Below are positions 9,790-19,883 of a stretch of DNA of 64,000 bases, one piece after another (within the stretch, counting starts at the first letter, position 1; every line of letters begins with the position of its first letter). Both the position numbers and the translations under genes were made by a program. The notes below the pieces were generated by a model that was not told the DNA's origin, ran no database searches, and worked only from the letters and a program-made list of their open reading frames with translations. Origin of the DNA: a virus; IMG/VR virus record IMGVR_UViG_3300009553_000019, positions 64,001 through 128,000 of that record, one strand, 5' to 3'.

Positions 9790-10348
9790 AGAGAAAACGA
9801 AGAAGAAATACCCACCAGACTTAGTAAGAAAATTGGCCATGTTTTTGACTGGCCACAAAGGGAATGAAGCACTAAACCGATTGGCGAAACAATTGGTAAT
9901 TGGCGCTGTAAAAGATAAGGGGTTCACAGATCATCAGAACGATAATCTGCCAGAAGTCTATGAGCGCCCTTATGTAGTGTTAGGACATTTCAATGTCTTG
10001 ACAAGATTTTCTATTGCTTCAGATGCTGGAAGGTTCAGCTGGGATTTTGCTTCAGGAATTTCTGATGGGCAGCGTCTAGCGGGTTTTGCCTCAGCAAAGG
10101 GACGATCATCTCATTGGGTTGGAGATGGAGCAGAGAAACTCTGGAAAGAGTTAAACATAGCAGGGGCTGTGTTAGTAGGTCTTTACGATGGGGATATCCG
10201 GTTCTTTTACATAGATAAAGAAGAGTTTTTTAGTCTAGGTACAGACAGGATTAACCCAAAAACAGATTCTGAGAATTTGGTAGTTTGGGAAGAGAATTGG
10301 AATAGATTGACGTTTCAACAGACTTTTGCTGGCATATTTGGGAGCTAA
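9779..10348 (+). CDS. hypothetical protein
   Basis: 189-aa ORF coupled to its neighbours. Confidence 0.6.
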   Translation: MEPEEKTKKKYPPDLVRKLAMFLTGHKGNEALNRLAKQLVIGAVKDKGFTDHQNDNLPEVYERPYVVLGHFNVLTRFSIASDAGRFSWDFASGISDGQRLAGFASAKGRSSHWVGDGAEKLWKELNIAGAVLVGLYDGDIRFFYIDKEEFFSLGTDRINPKTDSENLVVWEENWNRLTFQQTFAGIFGS

Positions 10349-10349
10349 A

Positions 10350-11093
10350 ATGGGAATTACTGATTCGGTTAGTCGCACAGAAGCTTTAGAATTATTGCAT
10401 GCAGATTATCTAGTCGACCTAGAGTCATCTAAGAAAATTCTTGAGATTAGAAAAACAGCTCTTGCAAAAACTCCAAAACATGATCCTGTATATCCAAATT
10501 TGGAAGAAGATGTTGTTGCACAACAGGCCTTTATTGAAGGGTTGCCACTACGTCATTTAGAGGCAAAGGTTAAAATCGAAAGAGATTTCCTAGCCATTGA
10601 ATCCAGCAAAGCTTCGTTAGGAAGTAAGTTGCAGGGTTATCGATATCTGTCTACCAAGACGTTTAAAGTTGGCTCAGTAGCATTTAGACAATGGCGTGCG
10701 AAAAGCCATTGCTCGTTTGTCCACGGTTACCACCTGTCATTTAAGGTTTGGTTTGCTGCAAAAACCTTAGATGACAAGAATTGGGTGGCGGATTTTGGTA
10801 GCTTTAAAGATAATGGTATCAAAAGTTTTCTAGCGGAAACTTTTGATCATAAGACCTGTGTTGCAGGTGACGATCCACTCCTCGAATGGTTTAAAAATGG
10901 AGAATCAGCTTTTGGCTTAGTCCTTAGAGTTTTTGAGGGAGGGGTGGGTTGCGAGAAGTTTGCTGAATTTGTATTCAAGCAGATCGGTGGTAGAGTTTTG
11001 ATAGATTCTTTGAATAGGGTTAGAGTTGTTAAAGTAGAGTGTTTTGAAGATGGTACTGATAATTCAGCAATTTATGAAGAGCAATCTCTATGA
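10350..11093 (+). CDS. queD: QueD (6-carboxytetrahydropterin synthase) with N-terminal helical extension
   Basis: HCSFVHGY, WVADFG, FDH, CEKFAE; ATG 10350 follows GGAG. Confidence 0.85.
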   Translation: MGITDSVSRTEALELLHADYLVDLESSKKILEIRKTALAKTPKHDPVYPNLEEDVVAQQAFIEGLPLRHLEAKVKIERDFLAIESSKASLGSKLQGYRYLSTKTFKVGSVAFRQWRAKSHCSFVHGYHLSFKVWFAAKTLDDKNWVADFGSFKDNGIKSFLAETFDHKTCVAGDDPLLEWFKNGESAFGLVLRVFEGGVGCEKFAEFVFKQIGGRVLIDSLNRVRVVKVECFEDGTDNSAIYEEQSL

Positions 11094-11845
11094 CTGATTT
11101 GAGTAGTCTAAAAGCCCCGATTACTGAAATTTATACAGATACACTTCAGGGAGAAGGATCAACTGTAGGCAAGCTCTGCTCTTTTATCCGTTACACTGGA
11201 TGTCATCGAGAATGTTCATGGTGTGACTCCAAGCAGACTTGGAAACCGGGTATGATTGAGACTAGGAAAATGTCTGTTCAAGAGCAGGTAGATTTCTTAG
11301 TTGCTGGTAAAGCAAGAAGACTTATCATAACTGGTGGGGAGCCATTGTTGCATCAAGATAAACCTTACTTTCAAGAGCTGATAAAAGCTCTGTTTAGTGA
11401 AGGGTTCTGTTTTGAAGTGGAGACAGAAGGTACTCATGCTCCCAATCGATTTTTAGCTATGGCTGCTCATAGCGGGTTGCAGTTTAACTGCTCTCCTAAA
11501 CTTAAGTTAGCAGGGATGGGAGATCTTTCCGATGAGTATGCAAAGAAGCTACCTTTTTATGTATCAGCAACCTCCTTGTCAATGCTGTACGGATTAGGTG
11601 CGATCTTTAAGTTTGTAGTGGTTTCTGCTGATGATGTGGTTGAAGCGCTAGCTTTACTGCATAAGGCAATCCCAGACTCGGATACTAACCAACTGAGGAA
11701 ACGGATGTACATTATGCCAGAAGGTGTTACTAGAGAAGTTCAGCTAGAACGAATGCTAGCTGTGATTGATCTAGCAATCGAGTATGGTGTAAACTTTAGT
11801 CCCCGTCTTCATGTACTTCGCTGGAATGATAAGAAGGGCGTTTAA
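11090..11845 (+). CDS. queE: QueE, 7-carboxy-7-deazaguanine synthase (radical SAM)
   Basis: TLQGEG, FIRYTGCHRECSWCD, ITGGEP, ETEGT, SPKL, RLH. Confidence 0.93.
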   Translation: MTDLSSLKAPITEIYTDTLQGEGSTVGKLCSFIRYTGCHRECSWCDSKQTWKPGMIETRKMSVQEQVDFLVAGKARRLIITGGEPLLHQDKPYFQELIKALFSEGFCFEVETEGTHAPNRFLAMAAHSGLQFNCSPKLKLAGMGDLSDEYAKKLPFYVSATSLSMLYGLGAIFKFVVVSADDVVEALALLHKAIPDSDTNQLRKRMYIMPEGVTREVQLERMLAVIDLAIEYGVNFSPRLHVLRWNDKKGV

Positions 11846-11847
11846 AT

Positions 11848-12252
11848 ATGTCTGAGTATAAACCCAATGAGAAGCTACGTGAATTAGCTCTTAGCATGGC
11901 TTCATTTATTGCAGCTATTGATTCTTCTAGCTCTGACGTAGCAGAATATATCGAACGAAGGCTATCACCTTTAATCGAGTTGATGGAAATCGATGCTAAA
12001 GTTGAAGAAGTTATAGATCGTTGTGGTTGGGATGGAAGAACATTGGAAGCAATGCGAATTGGAGCTCCAGTTAGAAAGTTGAAACACTGTCCAGCTGGTC
12101 TAGAAGAGAAATCACGAGAACTCCACCGTGAGTACCAATTGTTAGCTAAAGCTCAAGAAGCTGGAGCTGATAATAGAGCTGACGTTATTAGGGTGACTGA
12201 TGAATGCAACAGACTTGGAATCATACTAGTCCCAAACGGAGAGAATCTTTAA
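11848..12252 (+). CDS. hypothetical protein
   Basis: 134-aa ORF within the operon. Confidence 0.6.
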   Translation: MSEYKPNEKLRELALSMASFIAAIDSSSSDVAEYIERRLSPLIELMEIDAKVEEVIDRCGWDGRTLEAMRIGAPVRKLKHCPAGLEEKSRELHREYQLLAKAQEAGADNRADVIRVTDECNRLGIILVPNGENL

Positions 12253-12276
12253 CTCTAGCTCTGGTAGAATTGATTA

Positions 12277-12657
12277 GTGCTAAATCCAGTTATTCCTGAC
12301 GAATCTGAAATTGTTAAGTACGAACCACATAAGGTATTTCCAGTAAATGCAGAGCTATCAGAAACAAGTTCAGTAGTAGGTTTGCCCTGCGAGTTTTGTA
12401 ATCGATACTGCAAAACAGTAGGTAAGGCAAAAGACGAAGTTCTACAGGTTCAAGTTACACCAACTGGCTTTGAGTATAAGCGTTGGGGTGGTGGTGAGCT
12501 TGTTTGGCGTTGTGGAAGATGTGAATCGTTGAAACGTACAGTGACTTTAAAGGGAATGATTGTCGTTCCTGGGAAAATTCCGGAAAACAATCCAGAGGAT
12601 GTTAAGAAAATGGTTGGAGATAGGGTCTTTTCAGAAGTAAACGGGAAGAAATGGTGA
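12277..12657 (+). CDS. Cys-rich hypothetical protein
   Basis: CEFC..C and CGRC pairs. Confidence 0.55.
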   Translation: MLNPVIPDESEIVKYEPHKVFPVNAELSETSSVVGLPCEFCNRYCKTVGKAKDEVLQVQVTPTGFEYKRWGGGELVWRCGRCESLKRTVTLKGMIVVPGKIPENNPEDVKKMVGDRVFSEVNGKKW

Positions 12658-13367
12658 ATCTGATGGAAATTGCGCCTAAAGTAAAACTGACGTTACCAAT
12701 TCTAGATGAGGTAAACCAATTCTCTCGATTGAATTTAAACCCTGAGAGGTTAAATCAGGTGCCTTGCTTTTCTGATGCATTGTTAAACGTGCATATGTGC
12801 AACCCTGACGTTCCTCCAGAGGGTAGCGAGCCAGTCTGCTCTATTCATTGGATTTGTAAATGCTTCCTCGGTGCTAGAATGGGGGTTGGACTAGCTCCAG
12901 ACGAACCCTATAATTTCGAGAAATCTAAGGCTTTTTGTAAACAGCTTACATATGCTAAGCTAATGGAAGCAATTAAAGCTAAGCAGGGTCTATTGGTGGA
13001 AAAAGATGCTCCAACATTGGTTGAAGAGAGTATCTCAGAAGAAAAGCTAAAAGAGGCTGAATTGGCTAAACCTCTTACTGAATCAGTAGAGGTTAAAGCC
13101 CCAAAGAATGCCACAGTAGTAGTTGCTAAAGAGCCAAAAGAGCAAGTCTCTAAAGAAGCTATAGGCAGTTATAAGCCTGGTTCTCAGGGTCATTACATTC
13201 TCTCCAATCTTCAGGTATCGGTAGAAACTCCCAAAAATGATATTTGGGTTAAAGTTGCAGCTAAGGGTTGGAGTTCAGAAAAGACATTCGAAAAGACGTT
13301 AGCTAAGTTGATTGAAGAGAAGCTACTTGAAATGCCAACTGCAGATACGCTTGTTCGAAAGGCTTGA
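12651..13367 (+). CDS. hypothetical protein with Cys-rich N-terminus and winged-helix-like C-terminus
   Basis: PCFS..C..C..CKC; C-terminal EKTFEKTLAKLIEEKLL. Confidence 0.55.
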   Translation: MVNLMEIAPKVKLTLPILDEVNQFSRLNLNPERLNQVPCFSDALLNVHMCNPDVPPEGSEPVCSIHWICKCFLGARMGVGLAPDEPYNFEKSKAFCKQLTYAKLMEAIKAKQGLLVEKDAPTLVEESISEEKLKEAELAKPLTESVEVKAPKNATVVVAKEPKEQVSKEAIGSYKPGSQGHYILSNLQVSVETPKNDIWVKVAAKGWSSEKTFEKTLAKLIEEKLLEMPTADTLVRKA

Positions 13368-13370
13368 TTT

Positions 13371-13655
13371 ATGGCTGATACTCGTGTTGATTCGATTCGT
13401 GAGATTCTTGAAGATTTGGTTATGCTGTTGGTGGACTTTCCAGATGAGGTAAAGGTTGAGATTGCTGGAACTGCGGATACTGTGGTATTTACTCTGAAGG
13501 TTCATGATGACGATATTGGTAAGGTCATTGGCCGACAAGGAGTAGTTGCACATAGCTTGAGAACCTTAGTAATCAGCTGCTGTGGTAGGTTGAAGAAGCA
13601 GGCTATCCTTGAGATTCCAGCTAAACCTAAAGATGGAGTTGAGAGAGGGAAATAA
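13371..13655 (+). CDS. khpA: KhpA (YlqC) KH-domain RNA-binding protein
   Basis: LVDFPDEV, V..DDIGKVIGRQG..A.SLRTL. Confidence 0.9.
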   Translation: MADTRVDSIREILEDLVMLLVDFPDEVKVEIAGTADTVVFTLKVHDDDIGKVIGRQGVVAHSLRTLVISCCGRLKKQAILEIPAKPKDGVERGK

Positions 13656-14866
13656 TGTCTCAACGTTTGATTGAGAGTGGACCTCATAAGGGTAAGCCAG
13701 CGCTAACAAAAGCAGAGGTTCTTTTTACCAGAAGATGCCCTCTTAGATGTTCCGGGTGCTCTATTTTCAGAGTTGACGAAAATGGGGTTACCGACAACAA
13801 TCAAGCTGATGCTGAAGAAGCAACAATGGATGAGTGGTTCAGAACTCTTGATAATTTATCAGAGTTGGGAACGCAGTTCATAGCTTTGTATGGTGCAGAG
13901 CCTGCCCAAGTACCTAACAGAGTTGCTAGTTTTCTTCATTATGCAGAGAATATCGTTAAGATTCCAACATCTGTGATTACGTCTGGTGTTGGGCTTACGA
14001 CAGACATTCTAGATTTATGGTGGAATTCTGGTCTTAGATCATTGACGATGTCGGTTGATGGCCTGGCTGATGATCAGACTTCATCTGTTTCAAGTAAGGT
14101 TAAGACGAACAAAGCCTGGCAGTTTTTGAAGTACTGGGTTGAGAAGTATGGTTCTCAGATGCGGGATGCTGAGGGCTGTATGACCTTAACCAGGAAGAAT
14201 GTAGCAGTTCTTCCAGAGCTAATTAAGGTCATGACAGATAAAAATGTCTGGCTGCATTTCGATATGATTCACTCAAATCGAGGTCAACCTTATAGTAAGG
14301 TTGAACGTCATGTAGATTTGACTGGTCTTATGTTTGAGTCTGATGAAGACGTTCAGATTTTGAACGAAGCAATTGACCAAGTCATAGCGATGAAGTCTGG
14401 GGGTTATTTGATTCATCCATCGGTTGAATCATTGATTGGTATGAAAAAGCATGGACCAAAGATGGATTGGCAGTGCTGTCAAGGGGAAAGTGGCTTTTTA
14501 GGGTTTGTTACGGTGGATCCAAATTGTGTGATTCGACCATGCGATGATTTTCTTCCACCAGAGATGGATACACCAAAGGACCATGCTAGAGTTAGTCCTG
14601 AACGACTTGGAAAGCAAGTAGTAAGGGATGGTAACAAAAAGGTGTTAAGACTGCTTCCACAGTCGTATGACTTGGATGTGCCTAGTACTCCAGTCTTTGG
14701 TTGGGAACTATCTGCCAGGTTTGAAGAGTACAAGAAACGTACTAAAGAAATGGTTGAGAAGCACAATTGTCGTTGCTATTGGGCTACTCATGCTGACGCT
14801 CAATCCATCTATGAAGGTAGAGTTTCGATCGAGCATTACATCCATCGACAAATTTCTGACACGTGA
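13655..14866 (+). CDS. radical SAM protein with Cys-rich C-terminus
   Basis: CPLRCSGC (CxxxCxxC), GAEP, MSVDG, C-terminal CC..PC..CRC. Confidence 0.88.
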   Translation: MSQRLIESGPHKGKPALTKAEVLFTRRCPLRCSGCSIFRVDENGVTDNNQADAEEATMDEWFRTLDNLSELGTQFIALYGAEPAQVPNRVASFLHYAENIVKIPTSVITSGVGLTTDILDLWWNSGLRSLTMSVDGLADDQTSSVSSKVKTNKAWQFLKYWVEKYGSQMRDAEGCMTLTRKNVAVLPELIKVMTDKNVWLHFDMIHSNRGQPYSKVERHVDLTGLMFESDEDVQILNEAIDQVIAMKSGGYLIHPSVESLIGMKKHGPKMDWQCCQGESGFLGFVTVDPNCVIRPCDDFLPPEMDTPKDHARVSPERLGKQVVRDGNKKVLRLLPQSYDLDVPSTPVFGWELSARFEEYKKRTKEMVEKHNCRCYWATHADAQSIYEGRVSIEHYIHRQISDT

Positions 14867-14872
14867 AACCAA

Positions 14873-15622
14873 TTGAAACAAATGGAAAACAGACTAAAAG
14901 TTGTCAAGAATTCTGTAGTAGAATACCAGTATCAGTTTAGGTGTTACACTGAGCCAACGGTATTGTCTTCTTTGCACCCCAGTTGGTATACTCACGACGA
15001 TGAACAAGAAGTTAGAGATCGTGTCTGGCATATTGAGAATGGTGCATGGATTTTTGATGTTGGGGCTGCCTATGGAAGCTATACTCTAGCAGCGTTGGCA
15101 CAAGGTGCAGAAAAAACTTTTAGTTGGTCTCTAGAAGGTGGGATCGATGAGTTAACTGAAGTTGAGCTCCTCAAAGAGTCATTAGCTTTAAATGGTTGGC
15201 AAGACAGAGCTAGGTTATTTAATACAGGACTGTATAGCAGGGATGGGTGGCTAGATGTGATGTCACAGCAGTTCTACTCTATAGCACCTAGCTTAGAAGA
15301 AAGAGTTGGGAAGCCAATTTTTAAGGTTAGTAAGCTTGACACCTGGCTAGAAGATTTCATTGCGGAAGGTTTTGATTTTTCTGTTAGTCGACCCTATTGG
15401 TTGAAGCTGGATGTAGAGGGTGCTGAGGTAGAGGTTCTAAAAGGTGCTGAAAACCTCATTAAAACTCTTCGTCCAAAAATTTCAGTAGAAAACCACACGT
15501 TTAAAGACACTTCGATTCCAGAACGTGTTAGGCAATTAGTTGAAAGCCACGGTTATCAACACATTGAAACTGTACCACATGGTGTCGTAAGCCACAGCTT
15601 TTACCTACCTTTGAAGCTATGA
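14873..15622 (+). CDS. FkbM-family SAM methyltransferase
   Basis: FDVGAAYG, KLDVEGAEVEVLKG. Confidence 0.9.
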   Translation: MKQMENRLKVVKNSVVEYQYQFRCYTEPTVLSSLHPSWYTHDDEQEVRDRVWHIENGAWIFDVGAAYGSYTLAALAQGAEKTFSWSLEGGIDELTEVELLKESLALNGWQDRARLFNTGLYSRDGWLDVMSQQFYSIAPSLEERVGKPIFKVSKLDTWLEDFIAEGFDFSVSRPYWLKLDVEGAEVEVLKGAENLIKTLRPKISVENHTFKDTSIPERVRQLVESHGYQHIETVPHGVVSHSFYLPLKL

Positions 15623-15804
15623 GTTGTCAACATACGAAAACAGTTCGAGGCGAAGACATACCAAGAAGGTATGGTTCATATCGATCTGAAGTATGCAAAG
15701 ATTGCGGTAAGTTTCGTAGGCTAAATCACCATGATGAAGTTGTGGGAGATTGGCAACCAGCTGAAGAGTATGCCTCAGCTATAGAGAAAGACGAAGAGCT
15801 ATGA
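15619..15804 (+). CDS. small Zn-ribbon protein
   Basis: CQH..CKDCG; ATGA coupling. Confidence 0.5.
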   Translation: MSCQHTKTVRGEDIPRRYGSYRSEVCKDCGKFRRLNHHDEVVGDWQPAEEYASAIEKDEEL

Positions 15805-15998
15805 AAGTAAAATGGCTAACCGTATCTTCTGTCGAAGATATTCCCGGTGGAGTTGCGGTTAAGTTTTCAGCCCTCACCAATTCGAAATTAGTGGAAGTGA
15901 TGATACTGAATATGGATAAAACAGACTACAAAGTTGGGGAACGGATTTACTTGGTTAGCGAACTTTCTTTACGCTCATTGGGCTTTGTGATTGATTGA
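15801..15998 (+). CDS. hypothetical protein
   Basis: ATGA-coupled 65-aa ORF. Confidence 0.5.
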   Translation: MKVKWLTVSSVEDIPGGVAVKFSALTNSKLVEVMILNMDKTDYKVGERIYLVSELSLRSLGFVID

Positions 15999-16311
15999 GA
16001 TTTGTCGAAACACTATGAATCATACTTGCCATGCTATTGATTGCACTAAGCAAGTTCCACCAAAGATGTTTATGTGTCTAAAGCATTGGAGAATGGTTCC
16101 TAAAAAGCTTCAGATCACAGTTTGGAATCAGTATCGACCTGGCCAAGAAATTGATAAACAACCTTCACTGTATTACCTGTCAGTACAGCAAATGGCAGTG
16201 GCAGAAGTAGCAAGATTAGAAGGTAAAATAGAACAAGCTAGTGTCTGTTTTCAAGACAGTTTAAAGTATGGTACAGCAGCAAAAGAAGCTGGAGAAGTTT
16301 GGAGAGGTTGA
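15991..16311 (+). CDS. Cys/His-rich phage protein
   Basis: CHAIDC..MCLKHW..YRPGQE. Confidence 0.55.
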   Translation: MIEICRNTMNHTCHAIDCTKQVPPKMFMCLKHWRMVPKKLQITVWNQYRPGQEIDKQPSLYYLSVQQMAVAEVARLEGKIEQASVCFQDSLKYGTAAKEAGEVWRG

Positions 16312-16638
16312 ATGTCCAGTTATCACTACAACGACGATTTACGAAAGCATCTTAAGAAGCCTTCTGAGATTCCTTCAACCCCGCACTATGCGATATTGAT
16401 TTTTGAAGATCGGACTTATTGTGAAGCTGGGTGGGATGCCAATGATCCACCAACTACAGGTACTTATAGTGCTGCTAATTACTACGCATTTGAAGACCAG
16501 CAACTAGCAGAAAAAGTAGTAAAAGATCTTTATCAAGAAAATCAACATAATCTTCCCACTCACAAAGAAACAATTGTATTCTTCAAATCTAGTGGTAAAG
16601 CAGTAGTCGACATTTCTTTTAAGATTGGGTTTAAGTGA
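16312..16638 (+). CDS. hypothetical protein
   Basis: 108-aa ORF abutting its neighbours. Confidence 0.55.
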   Translation: MSSYHYNDDLRKHLKKPSEIPSTPHYAILIFEDRTYCEAGWDANDPPTTGTYSAANYYAFEDQQLAEKVVKDLYQENQHNLPTHKETIVFFKSSGKAVVDISFKIGFK

Positions 16639-16639
16639 C

Positions 16640-18355
16640 ATGTGTTGCATATTTGGAGCTAAGGTTAATCGTTGTTCTGATATTGACCAGCTAGCTAAGA
16701 AAATCACCAGAATGGCCATTTCTGGTGAGGATAGGGGTCGAGATGGTACTGGCGTAATTATCATCCACCCAACCCCTACTCCCAGGGTTGATGTCTTCAG
16801 ATCTCCTGAAAGAGCTTCAATTTGTGAAGAATCTCTTTATGCTTTTTTAGCAACGCATCTCTCTGAGAATTGCATTGTCGTAGGCAATAACCGATATCAG
16901 CCTCTTCAACAGCCAGATTCAGTAAATGAGTTAGCAAGACAACCCATTTATGTTGATGGTGTAATTCTAACCCACAACGGAACGTTTCCAGAAGATGATC
17001 TTCTGCAGGAGAAGTTTCATCTTAAGAATGAAACTGGGATTGATAGTGAAGTTTTAGCCAGGTTGTACCGACATTATCAGACGTTTGGTCAACGATTGCA
17101 GACTTCGGTTAAGATGTCGATATCGACTATTCAACATTTATTGCATGAGGTTGCTGGTGGTTTCGCTTGTGCTTTAGTTGATTCAAGGTCCCCAGGCACA
17201 CTACATCTTTTTCGTAACTTTAAACCACTCACCTTAGCATGGGTTCATTCTGATGAGGATGAAGAAGATCCAGATCTTAAGGTAAACGATTATCTTCTTT
17301 ACAATAGCGAAGCAAAGAACATTGAGGTTGCTGATGGTCGAAGAGATTGGCTAGACCCTCATATTCGATGGTTTGATATGCCCGCATATAGTGGCTTTAG
17401 TCTAGATGGTGGAGGGGTCGAACACTACTGGAAACTTGAAAACAAGATCTTAGCAAGTTTGCCAGCTAGATCTTCTAAGAGGTCGCTAGTTATCTGCTCT
17501 GGTGGTTTGGATAGTTCATTAGCAGCCTTCGTTTCAGCTAAGCTGGAAGGAAATGAAGTAACTCTTCTTCATATGGACTATGGGCAACGAGCTGTTGAAA
17601 GAGAAAAAGAAGCTGTAAATGTAGTTGCTGAAGAACTACAATGTAAAGCAGTTTTCGTTGATGCCAGCTATATTGGAAAATGGCATTCAACTAGTCCACT
17701 GATCAAGAATGGTGATGAGATCCCTCAAGGGTTTAGAAGCTCTGAATCTACACTTTGTTGGACTGCAGCTAGGAATATGGTGTTTCTAACCTTAGCTGCT
17801 GCATTTGCTGAAGGGCAAGGTTATTCAAGTATCTATTCTGGGTTTAACCTTGAAGAATCTGGTTCTTATAGTGACAATACTATAGAGTTTTTTAAGCGAT
17901 TTGATGCTTTTGCTGAGTTTGGAACGCAGACAAGGGTTACGAGTAGGTTGTCAATTGCCAGGTTGATGAAGACTGACAACATTCGTTTAGCTCACCACCT
18001 GAAGGTTCCGATGCAAGCAACTTGGAGCTGCGATACTTCAGGGGTTTTTGTTAAGGATCGCTACCCTAACAATGAATTTTACGAAAACTCTGTGAAGAGC
18101 TTAGACTTTTATGTTAATGCAGAGTGGAATAAAGATCACGATAGAGAAAAGGTTAACCATCAAAGAGCCCACATTCCTTGTGGAACCTGCGGATGTTGCC
18201 ATACCCGTAGGATTGCCTATAAGCGGGCTGGTTTACTAGACCCACAGCTTTATGCAGCACCTTTAAAAGATCTTCCACCATGGTGGAACGATGCTATCAA
18301 ACCTAGTCCTTATAGCATTGAAGAGTTGGTGATGGAAGTTCAAAAGGTTCGATAG
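16640..18355 (+). CDS. gat-queC: Gat-QueC (class II glutamine amidotransferase fused to a QueC-like domain), archaeosine synthase type
   Basis: Start corrected to ATG 16640, giving the Ntn nucleophile Cys2 (MCCIFG); RGRDGTG, THNG, IDSE; then SGGLDS, YGQR, RNMVF, TWSC, CGTCGCC. Confidence 0.9.
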   Translation: MCCIFGAKVNRCSDIDQLAKKITRMAISGEDRGRDGTGVIIIHPTPTPRVDVFRSPERASICEESLYAFLATHLSENCIVVGNNRYQPLQQPDSVNELARQPIYVDGVILTHNGTFPEDDLLQEKFHLKNETGIDSEVLARLYRHYQTFGQRLQTSVKMSISTIQHLLHEVAGGFACALVDSRSPGTLHLFRNFKPLTLAWVHSDEDEEDPDLKVNDYLLYNSEAKNIEVADGRRDWLDPHIRWFDMPAYSGFSLDGGGVEHYWKLENKILASLPARSSKRSLVICSGGLDSSLAAFVSAKLEGNEVTLLHMDYGQRAVEREKEAVNVVAEELQCKAVFVDASYIGKWHSTSPLIKNGDEIPQGFRSSESTLCWTAARNMVFLTLAAAFAEGQGYSSIYSGFNLEESGSYSDNTIEFFKRFDAFAEFGTQTRVTSRLSIARLMKTDNIRLAHHLKVPMQATWSCDTSGVFVKDRYPNNEFYENSVKSLDFYVNAEWNKDHDREKVNHQRAHIPCGTCGCCHTRRIAYKRAGLLDPQLYAAPLKDLPPWWNDAIKPSPYSIEELVMEVQKVR

Positions 18356-18358
18356 ACT

Positions 18359-18631
18359 ATGCCAAACCTTTATTACAACGACTGTGATTATGTTATTGCT
18401 GATTCTGTTGATGCTGCTAACAAAGTTCTATCTGAAACTTTAGGCCTCGATGTTGTAGAAGAGGACTGTGCTTTCACCGAAGCTGATATGGTAAAATTAG
18501 AGAAGATGGTTAGCATCTGGCTAAACGAAGAAGGTGAAGTATCGGAACCCGGTGATGGTTTGCTTACAACTTTTTCAGTAGCAGAGTGGTGTAAGCTAAG
18601 GTCTGGTTATCTTGGTTCAACGGAGCATTAA
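18359..18631 (+). CDS. hypothetical protein
   Basis: 90-aa ORF. Confidence 0.55.
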   Translation: MPNLYYNDCDYVIADSVDAANKVLSETLGLDVVEEDCAFTEADMVKLEKMVSIWLNEEGEVSEPGDGLLTTFSVAEWCKLRSGYLGSTEH

Positions 18632-19048
18632 ATGCAAAGACGATCGTTTTTAACTGGGCTAGTAGCAGTTGCTAGTCAATTAGTAGTTGATCCAAATGAG
18701 GTAAGACGAGTCTATTCTTTTGGTAAGCATTACCCGTCAATCTGGATCCAAAACATAGGTCTTTTACCATCGAGAACACCAACCAGTGAAAGGTATAAAC
18801 TATTCGCTGATCATGATGGGGTTTATAGGCTGCCAAATTATGTTGCAGTTGAAAATCAACATGTACCAGGAAAGTTGATTACTGGTATAGGTTGCAGAGT
18901 TGTTGATAGTGTTGTTGAGGATGGCGTACTAGTTAGAACTGGTTCCTATGTCTGCGGTAACCTCATTAAGGGAATCTTGGACTTGGACGTCTCAGGCTCA
19001 CCACTCACGCCTATCCAAAACTTAGTAGTGGAAGGTTTGCTAACTTGA
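18632..19048 (+). CDS. hypothetical protein with twin-arginine-like N-terminus
   Basis: MQRRSFLTGLVAVA. Confidence 0.55.
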   Translation: MQRRSFLTGLVAVASQLVVDPNEVRRVYSFGKHYPSIWIQNIGLLPSRTPTSERYKLFADHDGVYRLPNYVAVENQHVPGKLITGIGCRVVDSVVEDGVLVRTGSYVCGNLIKGILDLDVSGSPLTPIQNLVVEGLLT

Positions 19049-19779
19049 CAAACTGCATTCTTTTTTCTGGTGGAGTTGATTCACTTATTGGTTGGTTTAG
19101 GATGGGTAAGCCAGCTGCTCTGTACTGTTCTTTGGGACATCGCTACGAAGGACTAGAACTTAATGCTACAAAAAACCTTGAAGATGTTACTCCTGAACTG
19201 AAAGTAACTGATATTGATTTGCTTTCAAACTTAGGTCAGTTTGAAAAGGAAGATGCGGAAATTCCTGGTAGAAACTTCCAGCTAGCTTTCGCTGCAGCCA
19301 TCAATGGTTATGATCATATTGGGGTGGTCTGCCAAAAAGATGAGAGATCTATACCTGACCGTTCTATCTACTTTTTTGGACTAGCAGAAAAAACTCTGAG
19401 CTACCTGTTTAATCGAAAAATAATCTTAGATCCTGTCTTTCCAGAGCATGATAAAACAGAGATGATCAAGTGGTTCCTAGACACAGAGCTAGGTATCGAG
19501 CGTGGACACAAGATAGAGATTCTAAAAGCTACTGTTGCTTGCTATCAACCACGATCAAACAGACAATGTGGCAACTGCCCAGCATGCTTTCGTAGAGCGG
19601 TAGCGTTTTGTAATAATGGTATTTTCGAAGTTTATGCTCAAGATGTATGGTGCTCGCCAATCGCAAAAGAGTACCTAAGAAAAGCAAAGAATGGTAGTTA
19701 CAGTGAAGATAGAAACAATCGAATATTGAATGCTTTCGTAGAGGCTGGAGTTTTGTTATCAGCAGATCCTGAAGTTTGA
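19045..19779 (+). CDS. queC: QueC, 7-cyano-7-deazaguanine synthase
   Basis: LFSGGVDS, IPGRN, KTEM, ACY, CGNCPACFRR. Confidence 0.88.
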   Translation: MTNCILFSGGVDSLIGWFRMGKPAALYCSLGHRYEGLELNATKNLEDVTPELKVTDIDLLSNLGQFEKEDAEIPGRNFQLAFAAAINGYDHIGVVCQKDERSIPDRSIYFFGLAEKTLSYLFNRKIILDPVFPEHDKTEMIKWFLDTELGIERGHKIEILKATVACYQPRSNRQCGNCPACFRRAVAFCNNGIFEVYAQDVWCSPIAKEYLRKAKNGSYSEDRNNRILNAFVEAGVLLSADPEV

Positions 19780-19789
19780 TTGATTGATT

Positions 19790-19863
19790 GGGACTGTAAT
19801 TCAATTGGTTAGAATTCCCGGCTCATAACCGGGCGGTTGTCGGTTCGAACCCGACCGGTCCCA
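19790..19863 (+). tRNA. tRNA with CAT anticodon, most likely tRNA-Ile2; CCA not encoded
   Basis: Acceptor GGGACTG/CGGTCCC-A, D-loop GGTTAG, anticodon arm CCCGG-CTCATAA-CCGGG, T arm GTTCGAA; G1-C72 pair and no GGG/CCC anticodon stem argue against fMet. Confidence 0.92.
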
Positions 19864-19883
19864 CGATAGGAGTTTAAAAAGAG

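Noticed and set aside
19790-19863. Initiator tRNA-fMet call
   Set aside because: Has a G1-C72 pair and lacks three consecutive G-C pairs in the anticodon stem
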